The notes below the pieces were generated by a model, which saw nothing but the letters and a program-made list of their open reading frames with translations, made no database searches and was not told the origin of the DNA. A stretch of DNA of 7,411 nt from Octopus sinensis (taxonomy: Eukaryota). The stretch spans positions 1-7,411 of the forward strand of contig NW_021828478.1 in NCBI RefSeq assembly GCF_006345805.1. Reading direction: 5' to 3'. The translations under genes and the position numbers were made by a program. Shown here piece after piece: positions 7,052 to 7,411 of this stretch (its first letter is position 1; each line of letters begins with the position of its first letter).

Positions 7052-7322
7052 CAATGGGTGAATGAATTATCCTATGTTTACCGTTACCATGGAAAATTCA
7101 ATGAACCTTTACCAGGGTAGCAAATTCACGCCAAAAACACGATTGAAGCGACCTATCCAAAGGAGAAACTCCGGGTTAATGTGCAATAATTTGTGTAGTA
7201 TAAGTAAATAAATGGAGTTGAACGAAGATGTTAATAAATTCTTTTACTTCGAAACATATGTCAAAAGTAAAGAACTTTTATTAACATCTTCGTTCAACTC
7301 CATTTAATTTATTTATTTATTC
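7052..7322 (-). mobile_element. Second, diverged member of the 944-1305 PLE-like family, with palindromic end
   Basis: 7054-7155 is an inverted homologue of 1201-1296 (AATGAATTATC, GGGTAGCAAA blocks); 7251-7305 parallels 1091-1148; 30-bp perfect inverted repeat 7209-7238/7277-7306; (TA)n on both sides. Confidence 0.72.
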
Positions 7323-7348
7323 ATATATATATATATATATATATATAG

Positions 7349-7390
7349 ACTAGCATTAAAGACCCTTCGTTGCCGGGTCATAGTGCTAGT
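7349..7390. mobile_element. Palindromic Helitron-like 3' terminus
   Basis: ACTAGCA(7349-55)/TGCTAGT(7384-90) enclosing a GACCC(7361-65)/GGGTC(7375-79) hairpin; gives hairpin + CTAG|T on either strand. Confidence 0.6.
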
Positions 7391-7411
7391 GCATGTATAT
7401 ATGTGTACATA

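Noticed and set aside
1-7411. CRISPR array or prokaryotic system
   Set aside because: No regularly spaced repeats with unique spacers, no operon-like ORFs; sequence is eukaryotic repeat-rich DNA.

Overview
Non-coding, very AT-rich eukaryotic DNA saturated with (TA)n/(TG)n microsatellites and short interspersed repeats; the SINE sequences look like those of octopus (cephalopod) genomes, from memory. No credible protein-coding gene: every listed ORF reads through microsatellite or SINE sequence. The window holds seven copies or fragments of a tRNA-derived CORE-like SINE, one copy of a second tRNA-derived SINE with a 17-bp target-site duplication, a complete 372-bp non-autonomous Helitron, and several local inverted or direct duplications. 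The main signal is a set of short elements next to (TA)n tracts that carry type I hammerhead ribozyme (HHR) motifs with palindromic helix III. One has a canonical core (1023-1108), one a compensatory U3-A8 core (1886-1928), one a variant core (6906-6941), and one is a half-motif remnant (7251-7262). Two of these elements (944-1305 and 7052-7322) are homologous and share an 'inverted 5' stub + truncated sense copy + 3' tail' layout typical of Penelope-like retroelement (PLE) pseudo-LTRs. All structures were folded and aligned by eye.
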